Origin: Promethearchaeota archaeon
GTDB taxonomy: Archaea; Asgardarchaeota; Lokiarchaeia; Sigyniarchaeales; SOKP01
DNA: 64,000 bases
Direction: 5' to 3'
Assembly: GCA_013375475.1 (NCBI GenBank)
Contig: JABXKD010000002.1
Coordinates: forward strand, 1 to 64,000
The first letter of the stretch is position 1; every line of letters starts with the position of its first letter. This document shows positions 50,778 through 61,029 of this stretch, piece by piece. The notes beneath the pieces are model-generated. The model made no database searches. It was given only the letters and a program-made list of their open reading frames with translations, and was not told the DNA's origin. Position numbers and translations under genes: made by a program.

Positions 50778-50881
50778 CGGGCCATGTGGGAATTTCGCAT
50801 CAATTCTAAACGATTGAGTGTATCGAACCCACGACCTTCAGGTTAAAAGCCTGCTGCGCTACCTGCCTGCGCTAATGGCCC
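50778..50881 (-). tRNA. tRNA-Lys(UUU) with 30-nt non-canonical intron in the T-loop (position 59/60; intron 50792-50821)
   Basis: Acceptor GGGCCAT/ATGGCCC; anticodon loop CT-TTT-AA; T-stem GTGGG/CCCAC interrupted by BHB (TTCG/CGAA helix, ATA and ATT bulges). Confidence 0.9.
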
Positions 50882-51029
50882 TTACTAAAAAATTTTATTA
50901 AGATCAAATGTTTTTTTCTGTGAAAATGATACTTAAGTAAAATTGTAATAGATCAAATCTAGAATAATTTATAACTTTTTCTGTGATTATGTATGTTCTA
51001 CATACATAGAGTGATTTCCTTGAATCAAA

Positions 51030-52046
51030 TTATCTGAAATGTTCATATCCTTGATTTTTTAGTTCAATCCTTTTACCTTCTTTTAAATAATAGATTTTTT
51101 CCTCAGGAATAACTTTTCCAACTTTAAATAATTTCCCACCTTTAGAAGAAACTAACTTTTGAGCGACTTCAAAGTTTTTTCTATCAATTGTAAAAAGATG
51201 AATAAATTCTTCTCCCGCGCTAAAGACTAATTTTTCAAGCGAAATTGGGAAATCTTTGGAATATCGTAAAGCGTCTGGATGGATTAAACTTTCATCGAAT
51301 TCGATTTCAAAACCCAAATCAGATATTGACAACATTAAATCTTTCAAAGATTTCGATAAGCCATCTGAAGAATCAATACTACCCGTAGCTAATTCGTTGT
51401 CGGCCAGAATAATTCCCTCTATTCCTATTTCGTTTGGTTCTAACACACTTTTTATTGCTCTCTCATATTCAGAAAAATCTTCTAATCGCCCTTTCTTGTT
51501 TAAAATTATATCAAACCCTACACCTGTTAAACCAAATTTATTGTTTATTGTTACTATATTACCTGGTTTTACACCTTTTCGGTAAATTATTTTATTAGGC
51601 TTCTTAAAACCAAAAACTGTTGGATTAATGATAAGATCATGTGTAGAATTAATATCTCCACCAATGTAATTTAAATTCCATGCTTTAGAGTAATCAACGA
51701 TGCCCTCCATTAACCTAGTAAAATCTAGGACTTTTAATTCTTCCGGGAGCCCTAAAGAAACAATAATCCCTTCAGGTTTTACACCCTTAACGACGAGATC
51801 ACTAATATTCATGAGAACAGATTTTCGTCCCATCTGATAAAAATTCATTTGGATAGGGGCGTCCGTTGTGGCATTAAACATATCCGAGTTAAGAACTAAA
51901 TCTTCCATATCTTTCCTAGTTTCAATTTTAAAAAAAAAGGAATCGTCTCTAACTAATTCTTTACCCGTCTTTTTTAGAATTATATCTTCTATTATGTGGA
52001 TTAGTTTTACTTCTCCGATTGCACTAACGATATCGTTTTCATTCAT
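51030..52046 (-). CDS. thiL: Thiamine-monophosphate kinase
   Basis: GEVKLI, DDS, MNISDL, IGGD, IDSSDGL, GEEF. Confidence 0.88.
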   Translation of the reverse strand: MNENDIVSAIGEVKLIHIIEDIILKKTGKELVRDDSFFFKIETRKDMEDLVLNSDMFNATTDAPIQMNFYQMGRKSVLMNISDLVVKGVKPEGIIVSLGLPEELKVLDFTRLMEGIVDYSKAWNLNYIGGDINSTHDLIINPTVFGFKKPNKIIYRKGVKPGNIVTINNKFGLTGVGFDIILNKKGRLEDFSEYERAIKSVLEPNEIGIEGIILADNELATGSIDSSDGLSKSLKDLMLSISDLGFEIEFDESLIHPDALRYSKDFPISLEKLVFSAGEEFIHLFTIDRKNFEVAQKLVSSKGGKLFKVGKVIPEEKIYYLKEGKRIELKNQGYEHFR

Positions 52047-52097
52047 TAGAAAATTTTATAATTTTTTAAAATTTATATTTATAATATTCATTTACTA

Positions 52098-52191
52098 GCC
52101 TTTGTGGCTTAGTCGTAGAGCAACTGATTCGTAAAATTAATTGATTCGAATCATCAGTAGATCGGGGGTTCAACTCCCCCCAAAGGCTCCA
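52098..52191 (+). tRNA. tRNA-Thr(CGU) with 19-nt canonical 37/38 intron (52134-52152) and encoded CCA
   Basis: GCCTTTG/CAAAGGC acceptor; ACTGA/TCAGT anticodon stem; BHB TTCG/CGAA; T-arm GGGGG-TTCAACT-CCCCC. Confidence 0.92.
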
Positions 52192-52192
52192 T

Positions 52193-53209
52193 TTATATAT
52201 CTTGCGTTTCTATATACCTTTTAATAATTTGTAGAGCAAGCATTTTGAAAGCGTCATTTATGTTCTCTCCCGTCTTAGCAGATGTTTCAATATATATTAA
52301 CTGTAATTTCTCTGCTAGTGATTCCCCCTCTTTGCTTGAAACAACTCTATCTTCTGTTAAATCTATCTTATTCCCTACCAATATAAGTGCGATATTAGGA
52401 GAACTTTTTTTAATCTCGATATACCAATTTTTATCTATACTTTCAAAACTAACTCGATTAGTTACGTCATAGACCAAAATTCCTGCTTCTGCATTTGCTA
52501 AATATGACTGTCTTACCAGTTTGAACTGAGCTTGACCTGCCAAATCCCAAATTACAAACCTAACAGTGCTATCGAGCTCTTCAAAAGAACATTCCTTTTT
52601 CATTATTGAAGTCCCTATTGTAGATTTATAGTCTTTAGCAAAAACATTCTCTACATATCGATGTACCATACTTGTTTTACCAACAGCTCCGTCTCCTCCA
52701 AGAATTAATTTAAAAGCGTATTCCTTAGATTTAATTTTAACTTTTTGAACTTTATCTACTTTTCGCTGGATTTGGTTCCCACCGGGTTCTGAAATTAATT
52801 TAGGAATAACAGGGCTCACAGTTCTTCCATCCATTATACGCGCAATCTTCTCAGCTGCTAAATACGCGTAAGGGAAAACCGCGTCTACTCCTGATAAAGA
52901 ATTTAAAACTGTAACTAGAACAGCTTCTGGTCCAGATTCACAGAATATGAATCTATATTCTTCAGTATCAAATGTACCCGTTCCAAACGATCCTGAACTA
53001 AATTCTTCCGTGATTCTAGTTAATACCGGTTCAACTAAAGCACTTACACCCCCAATGATTTCTTCATCAAGCGATTTTTCTGAAGCCCCTACTAAAGAAT
53101 CCATGATCAAACCGTCTCTATTTACAACAAGCACTGCAACTAAATCTTCACCCAAGCTCTGTTTATACCATTGGAGTAAAGCCATCAACTTTTTTGTATC
53201 AACCGACAT
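52193..53209 (-). CDS. Roadblock/LC7 domain fused to a Rab-like small GTPase
   Basis: N-terminal 'VAVLVVNRDGLIMDS' roadblock; GDGAVGKT, WDLAGQ, NKID, ETSAK. Confidence 0.92.
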   Translation of the reverse strand: MSVDTKKLMALLQWYKQSLGEDLVAVLVVNRDGLIMDSLVGASEKSLDEEIIGGVSALVEPVLTRITEEFSSGSFGTGTFDTEEYRFIFCESGPEAVLVTVLNSLSGVDAVFPYAYLAAEKIARIMDGRTVSPVIPKLISEPGGNQIQRKVDKVQKVKIKSKEYAFKLILGGDGAVGKTSMVHRYVENVFAKDYKSTIGTSIMKKECSFEELDSTVRFVIWDLAGQAQFKLVRQSYLANAEAGILVYDVTNRVSFESIDKNWYIEIKKSSPNIALILVGNKIDLTEDRVVSSKEGESLAEKLQLIYIETSAKTGENINDAFKMLALQIIKRYIETQDI

Positions 53210-53472
53210 TCCTTCTCATCTTCGTTTTTCTTGTTAAATCAAAATCTAAACAAACCAATTATATAATTATTTAAAACTTATGAATAAAAATTTTGTTAAA
53301 TAAATACCATTATGAAACTCGCAAATATCTTCTAATAAAGTCAGTGTCTACTCCTTTCACTATTTTCTAATCAAAGAAAATAAAAAAAAAATTTTTTAAT
53401 GGTTCTATTCTTTAATGCTATTAAGTTCAAGAAAATTGATAAAAAACTATCCGCTTTTTATTTAGAATTTTT

Positions 53473-53557
53473 GCAGGAGTTGCCAAGCCTGGTCAACGGT
53501 GCTAGACCGAGGCTCTAGTCTCATAGGAGTTCGAGGGTTCGAATCCCTCCTCCTGCA
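53473..53557 (+). tRNA. tRNA-Leu(GAG), long variable arm, C at position 33
   Basis: GCAGGAG/CTCCTGC acceptor; CTAGA-CCGAGGC-TCTAG anticodon arm; GAGGG-TTCGAAT-CCCTC. Confidence 0.92.
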
Positions 53558-53634
53558 TTTTTTATTTTGTCTGTAATTTGCTTTAAGACTAAATAGTATC
53601 AGAGATATAAAAAATAAAACAATATATTAAAAAG

Positions 53635-54861
53635 TTGACATGTATTGAGAAAGTTATGAACACTATTTTAAGCTTAAATATAAATCAAATTGATACCTCA
53701 ATAAATCACGTTAAGGCTTTGGCTTTTTCTCGTTCACCTTCTTCCACGGGAGAAACTAAAGCAGCTTTGTATATCAAAAGTGAGATGAATAACGAGAATA
53801 TAAAATGTAATATGGACTATTTCGCCTTTACTGGAGCTAAAAGGATATTTATGAGGCTTACTTATATTATTTTATTTACTTATCTGATAGTATTTCGTTT
53901 GTTATTAGTTATTGTTGCTTATTTTGCAGTCAAATATGTTTTTCCACGCCTGCGAAATTACTCGTTAGTAGGAAGGGAGGAATCAAAAAATGTAGTTGCA
54001 AAAATTAAATCAGTTAAAAAACAGAAGAAAAAACCAGTTATAATATTAAGCGCCCATTACGATACTTTTTCCGCAAACTTTCCGTATGGCATACAAAAAG
54101 TTTTCTTTTTTTTCTTCAGAATTATTATTATTCCCTATGTCATATTCGCCATACTTATCGCAAACATCGCTTTTTTCCTTAATAGTACAGAAGAGACAAC
54201 TCAATTGATGGTTACTTTTACGCTAATTGAATTTGCTATGACAACAATCATCTTTTTACTTATATACGATAATAACCGTTCTAAGGGGTCTATTGATAAC
54301 GCTAGTGGAGTTGCCATTTTAATTGAACTGGCAAAATTAATTAAAAGGAATCCCCTTGAAAATTACGATGTAATAATATTATGGAGTAGCGCTGAAGAAT
54401 GGGGTTTAAAAGGATCGAAAGCTTATTGTAAGAGTAACCGCGCTTACTTAAGAAAAAAGTATGATTTAAATAGTTCTTTCAATATAAATGTAGATATGGT
54501 GGGATCTTATATAGGACTTGAAACAAAAAGTTCATTGCATTTAAGACGTCGGAAAGCTCCGTTTGACTTAAATAAAAAACTTGAAGAAACCGCAAATGAA
54601 TTGAATATTCCAATAACTGTGTATGATAGAGTTTTAGGATCTAAAGCAGATCACAAAAGTTTCCGATCTTTAGCTAGAAGAACTAAATCATCATTTCAAG
54701 TGGCATACTTTCATTCCGCAAATGATTCTAAATTCATTCATTCCTTTAAAGATACTCCCGATAAATGCAACCCTGAAAATTTGAACGGTTGTATAGAAAT
54801 CTGTTATACATCAATAAGATCCATTGATTCATTATATTCTTCTTCAAAAGAAGTTAGATAA
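53635..54861 (+). CDS. Membrane-embedded M28-family peptidase
   Basis: ILSAHYDT, GSIDNASG, SAEEWGLKGS, NVDMVG, ADH, IHS..DT. Confidence 0.88.
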   Translation: MTCIEKVMNTILSLNINQIDTSINHVKALAFSRSPSSTGETKAALYIKSEMNNENIKCNMDYFAFTGAKRIFMRLTYIILFTYLIVFRLLLVIVAYFAVKYVFPRLRNYSLVGREESKNVVAKIKSVKKQKKKPVIILSAHYDTFSANFPYGIQKVFFFFFRIIIIPYVIFAILIANIAFFLNSTEETTQLMVTFTLIEFAMTTIIFLLIYDNNRSKGSIDNASGVAILIELAKLIKRNPLENYDVIILWSSAEEWGLKGSKAYCKSNRAYLRKKYDLNSSFNINVDMVGSYIGLETKSSLHLRRRKAPFDLNKKLEETANELNIPITVYDRVLGSKADHKSFRSLARRTKSSFQVAYFHSANDSKFIHSFKDTPDKCNPENLNGCIEICYTSIRSIDSLYSSSKEVR

Positions 54862-57800
54862 TTTCTGTTGCTTTATCTTAGGATTATTAGTAAGACTTTC
54901 GACATATTCTTCTGTTAATTCCATTCTTTGAATTGTATATTCATCTAAATTAAAAGATTTGCATAGTTTCAAAGCTTTAGGGATATATTTTCCGATACCT
55001 CCTCGATTGACTGTCAAAATTACTTTATTACCACATTTTGGACACTTTCCCGCATTTGAAAGTGGTGGACGTGAGAATTTTTCATTACATTTTACACATC
55101 TAAAAGTCTGCATAGCAAATTTTCTTAAATTTCCTAAGATATCAGGGTTGAAATGAGTAGATAAAATCTTTTCAGCAACCTTTTTCTCGTTCACAGCTTT
55201 AATAATTTTTGCAAGGTGCAATTGAGCGTCGATTTTTTCTTCCATTGTAATATAAGTTTTATATGCTGTAGTAATAGGACCTTCGTTAATATTTTTGGTA
55301 GGGATGTTAAAACCAAGATTTATGTATTGATCGATCGTTCCTAATCGTTTTTTTACTAAATTCATTTTATCTTCTATTTCTATGGGCATAACATAGTTCA
55401 GAGTTGCCTCATAAAACTCTAACGGGTATTTATAAAGAGTATCTATATTATGAGCTTCGCTATCTATTTCGTTTGGATCTAATACAGAAGATATTACGAG
55501 GGTAGCGTCCATTCTTCCACCGATTTTACTTGGTAAATAATATCTAGAGAAATTTAGTAGAGGATCTAAAAGAAGCATTACACCATCTTCATCTCCGTCG
55601 CAATTTCTGCGTTTTGCTGCGTGCCAAAATGGATGTGCATATATAGATCTCGCGTGGGTAAAACCAATTATTCTTCCTACAATTCCAGCACTGGTGTGAG
55701 GTGCTAGGCCTACGACTAGATGACCTACAAGATCTTCTCTCGTTCTAACTTGGTAAAACTTATCCATTTTATAAAAATGCTCAAGTTCGTCGTCAATAAA
55801 TTTAGCTACCCTCACGAAATAGTCAGCGCAATCATCTGACAATAGGACATCTTGCACTTGAAGTTCTAGTATCTGATCAGGATTGGTTAAAATGTTATTT
55901 TTAAAATCTTTTTCATATCCTAATTCTATTAATCTTTTTACTGGTGTCTTGATTTCTTTCGGTTTGAAATGAGTTAATGGGATATCAGTAGCATCATAAC
56001 GGATTTCAGCAGTTTTATAGACCATTAATCCATTTTTAGCTCTCAATATTCCCTTAACTATTGGTTCTGGAACTTTAAATTTATTAGTTAAACCAAGAAT
56101 CCCCTTAAATTTACTTGGCAAAGCTAGATTTAGCGAACTTGACATAGATTGTGTATAATTTTTTATGTTAAAGGAAGCTTCTTTAGAAAAATTAAGCAAT
56201 CCCCCGCACTGGTGACATTTTTCTTCGTTTTTAGGATAATATTTATTGCATTTAAGACATATCTTTTGAAATTCTGTATGCGTTCCACAATTAGGACATA
56301 AGTTAAAAGGAGTAATGGTGTCACATTTAGGACATTTCTTTCTACAAATGTCAATTTTTACTTTTTCAAGTTCTACCGCTTTCTCTACTAATCTTGTATT
56401 TCCCACCTTGTCACTAAGTGGAAATAAACTCTGAACGCCTTTCATGCTTTTTCTTTCGGATTTCTCAGGTCGGCCCATTCGAGTTCCCATGAAGATTGGA
56501 GCTTTATTCCTAATTTCTACAGGAGAAAACGCAGAAAAAAGTGTAAAGACATCATCATCTTTAGTTAGATCATGATCTTTTTTATTTTTCAAATCAAATA
56601 TAACTACAAAAATTTCTGTTGTAGGAACATCTAATAATATTTTAGCATCATTAATCGTATGAGAAACAAATGCTTTTTCTAAAATATCCTTAAGTTCTTT
56701 AGTATTTTTTAAACTGATTCTGTTGCTATTCTCGTTATAATTGGAAATCAAAGCTTTTCTTAGAATTAATAATTCTTCCCCTGAGATATTTCCCCAAAAG
56801 TCAATATATTTTGGATGAAGGGGTATATTGTATTTTTTCGCTATATCTAAAGCTTCTATTGTAGAAGGAATATTATTAAAGGGATCTTTTATATATTTAA
56901 CCAGCTCTGCGCTAGGATTTTGTAGACTATGTATCGCTTCCTCTAATTCTAGAGCCCACCATTCTTCTACGTAGCCCGAAGGAACTAATTTATGATTATT
57001 TTCAGAAAATTCACCAAATCCAAAAAGAATATCGCCCAAAAATAGAATTTTTTCTATGTTCTGAAAACATTCTTTTGCCATTTTCATATTTGAAATTTGC
57101 ATTACAGCCCCATTTTTCAACTTTACAATAGGGGGTTCTATTGAACTAACCGGACAGATACTAGCGCTTTTTCCTGGTCTTTCAATTCTTAATTGCGTTC
57201 CAATCGCAATAAAATCATCTAATAACGTCATTGTTATAGGGTTCATACCTGCCGCAGCTAATCCAGTGTTTCGGGATCTTCCATATCGAATTCTATGCCC
57301 ACCAATTTCAGAAGGGTGACTAAATACAGGTCTACCTGCGATAACATCAGAAACATATTTTGAATTAGGAGGAATAACAACCTTACTGTTTTTATCCATG
57401 GTATCAATATTAACTTTCTTTTCACCTTTCTGTGAGATGTCTTTTAATTTCGCTAACCAATCCCAGCCTTCCAAGTTCATGCTTTTTGCAATTTTTAAAA
57501 GTTTTGGAGCTTTGAGAAGAATACCGTCGTTTAGGACTAAGCAAGCACCTCCCCTTATCTTATTTGTTTCGATTCTCGGAAGTTTCCTAAAAGCTGAAAC
57601 TTCTTCATCTTCGGTGGAATCTCCGTTTATTTCCACGGGTAAATGCTCAACAGCAAATCTTATCTCATCATTAGAGGAAGGATATTGTAAATGTACTCGT
57701 CTGTCGTAAAGTTTTACTTCTTCTACGTACCTCCCGATTTCACCTTCAGTTGCTTCATACTTTGGTATATTTGACTTTTTCCTAACATAATCCGCTATTA

Positions 57801-58290
57801 ACACACATAAAGCGGCCGTCGTCCCTCCTGCAGCTCTAATAGGTCCCGCAAAATACAATGACAGATATTTATTGTGGTGGCGATCCTCTCGTATTAAAAT
57901 TTTGGAAATGCCTTCAAGTGGAGCGCTAACAACACCCATCGTTTTTATGGCAAGCCCAACTCGTATTGCTCTCTCAACTCTCTCTTCAAGGGAGTCAATA
58001 TTTCCAATTTTCTGTCCAAGTATGTCAGAAACTACTTGAAATACTATTTCATCTTCAGATTTACCTAAATTTTTTAACCTTCTTATTAATTTAGCTACTC
58101 CTAAAGGGCCCACGAGTTTTTCAACCCTTCCCGCCAAATCTTTAGCTTGAGGAGATTCTACGAAGATTTCAGGATCCAATCCTTTTTGCCGAGCATTTTC
58201 AGCAATTTCGTAACACTCATCTACATCTTTTTGCAAGTTAGAAAAATATTCCTCTGTTTCTTTGCTCATTTCTACCATAATACAGCTCAC
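54844..58290 (-). CDS. polC: DNA polymerase D large subunit (DP2)
   Basis: YFAGPIRAAGGT, LAPHTSAG, AKRRNCDGDED, C-terminal Zn finger and PIP-like QQKLSNFF; no intein. Confidence 0.97.
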   Translation of the reverse strand: MSCIMVEMSKETEEYFSNLQKDVDECYEIAENARQKGLDPEIFVESPQAKDLAGRVEKLVGPLGVAKLIRRLKNLGKSEDEIVFQVVSDILGQKIGNIDSLEERVERAIRVGLAIKTMGVVSAPLEGISKILIREDRHHNKYLSLYFAGPIRAAGGTTAALCVLIADYVRKKSNIPKYEATEGEIGRYVEEVKLYDRRVHLQYPSSNDEIRFAVEHLPVEINGDSTEDEEVSAFRKLPRIETNKIRGGACLVLNDGILLKAPKLLKIAKSMNLEGWDWLAKLKDISQKGEKKVNIDTMDKNSKVVIPPNSKYVSDVIAGRPVFSHPSEIGGHRIRYGRSRNTGLAAAGMNPITMTLLDDFIAIGTQLRIERPGKSASICPVSSIEPPIVKLKNGAVMQISNMKMAKECFQNIEKILFLGDILFGFGEFSENNHKLVPSGYVEEWWALELEEAIHSLQNPSAELVKYIKDPFNNIPSTIEALDIAKKYNIPLHPKYIDFWGNISGEELLILRKALISNYNENSNRISLKNTKELKDILEKAFVSHTINDAKILLDVPTTEIFVVIFDLKNKKDHDLTKDDDVFTLFSAFSPVEIRNKAPIFMGTRMGRPEKSERKSMKGVQSLFPLSDKVGNTRLVEKAVELEKVKIDICRKKCPKCDTITPFNLCPNCGTHTEFQKICLKCNKYYPKNEEKCHQCGGLLNFSKEASFNIKNYTQSMSSSLNLALPSKFKGILGLTNKFKVPEPIVKGILRAKNGLMVYKTAEIRYDATDIPLTHFKPKEIKTPVKRLIELGYEKDFKNNILTNPDQILELQVQDVLLSDDCADYFVRVAKFIDDELEHFYKMDKFYQVRTREDLVGHLVVGLAPHTSAGIVGRIIGFTHARSIYAHPFWHAAKRRNCDGDEDGVMLLLDPLLNFSRYYLPSKIGGRMDATLVISSVLDPNEIDSEAHNIDTLYKYPLEFYEATLNYVMPIEIEDKMNLVKKRLGTIDQYINLGFNIPTKNINEGPITTAYKTYITMEEKIDAQLHLAKIIKAVNEKKVAEKILSTHFNPDILGNLRKFAMQTFRCVKCNEKFSRPPLSNAGKCPKCGNKVILTVNRGGIGKYIPKALKLCKSFNLDEYTIQRMELTEEYVESLTNNPKIKQQKLSNFF

Positions 58291-58546
58291 TTTATCGTTA
58301 CTAAAATACAGTCTATACAGAAAACTAGATACATAAAATTAAATTCTTACTTCGAAAATAAAATATTTTATTAATAGGTTAGTTGAACAGTATTATAAGA
58401 ACTTGGGGAGATTTACAGTTTATAATGAAAGTATGAGAATTGATACACCCTCCTAATACTTAAAAAAATTTGTTTGTTCTTTAATAATAAACAATTTAAT
58501 TGTATCATTTCATAAATATAATAATTCTATTCTGGATAAGAGTGAT

Positions 58547-60310
58547 TTGAAGACCAAGATATCTGAGCAGAAACATGTAATTCTAAAAAAATTAGTTAAT
58601 TCTGGTATTAACATTAGCCCCAAAATGTTAGAGTGTGTGTTAAATCTCGACAATCCGATGAAAAATGTAAACATCCTTATTAAGGAAACTAGCTTTATTC
58701 CTTCATTTAAAAGCCATTTAACGGAAACCGTTGTTAATGAAATATCAAATGAAGAATTACAAAAAGCTTTAAAGCGAGCGTTAACTAAACATCTTTCTCT
58801 GCCTTTGAAAGAAGAAGCTCAAAATAAAATCAATGTTAGCCAAAATGAATCAATTGCAGAAAATTTCAAACAAGAATTTGCTCCAATGAAATTGGGACAA
58901 ATTGTCAATCCTTCCCTACCTGAAAAAATAAAGCATGCTATTCCTAAATCCTCGCCAGTAATAAAAAAACCATCGGAAAAAAAAAAAAAAAAAAATCACG
59001 AATCGACGGTATCAGCTTTTGCGTTTAAGCCTGTTGCAAAGGATTATGATTTTCAAATTGAGATTTTAAGTGATCCTACCGGAAGATTATATACAAACGG
59101 GGGATATGATGATTTTTACGAATTAACACTCGATAAATACAATAAACTCAGAAATCTCATGAGAAAAAGACCCGAAGCAAGCGCAGCAACGAATATTAAT
59201 AATATTTTTAGATTATCAAATAGTGCTGAAATCTCTACAGTAGGTTTAGTAGAAAATGTGCATCAAACAAAAAAAGGGAATTTTTTACTAACTTTAGAGG
59301 ATTTAACTGGAAAAATTAGCGTTTTAATTCAAAATAACTCTGATAATTTGGAATACATCAACATTATTGAGAGAACTTTTAACGATCAAATGCTTTTTGT
59401 CAAGGGTTCATATAACCCTGGTGAAGATGGAAGAAAAGGGATAATTTTTGCCAATTATATTACAAAAATCGATATTCCAACTGATTTTGAACCAAATTTA
59501 TCTCCTGATCCTTTGTCTATTGCATTAATCTCTGACACCCACATCGGTAGTAAAGAATTTGAGGAATATTTATTTAAAAGGTTTCTAACATTTTTGAACG
59601 GGAAGAGTAGTAATAAGATCTTAAGAGATAATGCTGCAAAAATAAAATATCTCGTCATTAATGGTGATTTAATTGATGGTATAGGTATTTATCCAAACCA
59701 AAAAGAAGATTTAATCATATCAGACATATTTAAACAGTTCAAAAAAGCTTCAGAACTATTATCAGAAATTCCCGATTACATTAAGGTGTTTTATGTATCT
59801 GGCAACCACGAACCCGTTAGAAACGCAATACCCCGACCAGCGGTACCCAAAAAATATTGTGAAGAATTAACAAATTTAGGAATTAAATGTTTGGGTAATC
59901 CTTCTCTTATCAAAACACACAATGTTAATACACTGATATACCATGGAGAAAGTATGCATGACATAAATAGATTAATTCATGATTTAGATATTAACAAACC
60001 TATTGAGACCATGAAAGAATTTCTTATTTGTAGACACCTTGCTCCAGTTTTTGGTGAAAAGACACAAATAGCTCCTATAAATAACGATCTACTTGTGTTA
60101 GATAAGATTCCAGATATTCTTCATACCGGACATATTCACATTAATGGAATGGGAAAATATCGGAACGTGACACTAGTTAATTCTGGATGTTTTCAAGCTC
60201 AAACTGATTTTATGAGAAGTTTTGGAATAATCCCTACTCCGGGTATTGTACCGATAATAGAACTTGACTCATTGAACTATTTCCAGTTAGACTTTAAGAA
60301 AATCGATTAA
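58547..60310 (+). CDS. polB: DNA polymerase D small subunit (DP1, 3'-5' exonuclease)
   Basis: OB fold LEDLTG; ISDTHIGS, GDLIDGIGIYP, GNHE, RHLAP, HTGHIH, NSGCFQ. Confidence 0.96.
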   Translation: MKTKISEQKHVILKKLVNSGINISPKMLECVLNLDNPMKNVNILIKETSFIPSFKSHLTETVVNEISNEELQKALKRALTKHLSLPLKEEAQNKINVSQNESIAENFKQEFAPMKLGQIVNPSLPEKIKHAIPKSSPVIKKPSEKKKKKNHESTVSAFAFKPVAKDYDFQIEILSDPTGRLYTNGGYDDFYELTLDKYNKLRNLMRKRPEASAATNINNIFRLSNSAEISTVGLVENVHQTKKGNFLLTLEDLTGKISVLIQNNSDNLEYINIIERTFNDQMLFVKGSYNPGEDGRKGIIFANYITKIDIPTDFEPNLSPDPLSIALISDTHIGSKEFEEYLFKRFLTFLNGKSSNKILRDNAAKIKYLVINGDLIDGIGIYPNQKEDLIISDIFKQFKKASELLSEIPDYIKVFYVSGNHEPVRNAIPRPAVPKKYCEELTNLGIKCLGNPSLIKTHNVNTLIYHGESMHDINRLIHDLDINKPIETMKEFLICRHLAPVFGEKTQIAPINNDLLVLDKIPDILHTGHIHINGMGKYRNVTLVNSGCFQAQTDFMRSFGIIPTPGIVPIIELDSLNYFQLDFKKID

Positions 60311-60381
60311 ATTTATCAAATTAACTAAATAATAGGTGTATTTAAATAAATTTCTCAATCCCGCGCAATAATAATTCTGAA

Positions 60382-61029
60382 ATGATTCTTTATATCTGGA
60401 AAATTATTGAACTTCCATATATATCTACAAGTGATTTAGCCTATAAAATATCTTTCGAACTATTTCTATTCTCCCCTAACGATGCAAAGAAATTCATTAA
60501 GAAGGCAATTCACAACGGTTTCCTAATAGTAGGCGATAATAACAAACTTAGCCTGTCAGATGATTTAGCTCTTGAGTTAAAGAATTGGCATAAAAAAAGA
60601 AGAGTAGAAATTTCAAAAAAAGTCAATAAAACTAAGAGTATAACACAATATTCAGATAAATTTAAAAAAAATGATTCGAATAAGTTCAATATATTATTAA
60701 AAGCTTTTTTAGATACAGGTACTATCAATAGAGCCGTGCTAGTCTCAGATAGTGCTATCACACTCCGTACAATTGAATCTCAAGGTAAAATTATTAAAGC
60801 TGAAGTTCAAGGTTCTCGAAAAATTCCCTATCTTATTGAAATCTCTACTAGTGAAAAGGTTTTAAAACACGATTGTCACGATTTTAAAACCAAAAGAGTT
60901 CAAAATAAAAAATTCTGTAAACACTTAGCCAAATTATTTCTACTACTTAAAGAAAGGGATGAAAAAGGAGCAACTACTCTTCTTGAAAATATAGCTAAAG
61001 ATATTAATAAATGGGAGTTTTTAATCTAA
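60382..61029 (+). CDS. DUF2240-like N-terminal domain plus SWIM zinc finger
   Basis: ISFELFLFSPNDAKKFI…; VQGSRKIPY…HDCHDF…FCKH. Confidence 0.7.
   Translation: MILYIWKIIELPYISTSDLAYKISFELFLFSPNDAKKFIKKAIHNGFLIVGDNNKLSLSDDLALELKNWHKKRRVEISKKVNKTKSITQYSDKFKKNDSNKFNILLKAFLDTGTINRAVLVSDSAITLRTIESQGKIIKAEVQGSRKIPYLIEISTSEKVLKHDCHDFKTKRVQNKKFCKHLAKLFLLLKERDEKGATTLLENIAKDINKWEFLI

Noticed and set aside
2951-60761. Numerous 60-130-aa antisense or overlapping ORFs in the supplied track (e.g. 22307, 39601, 47788, 49269, 51256, 57398)
   Set aside because: They are shadows of well-supported longer genes, with no independent motifs.
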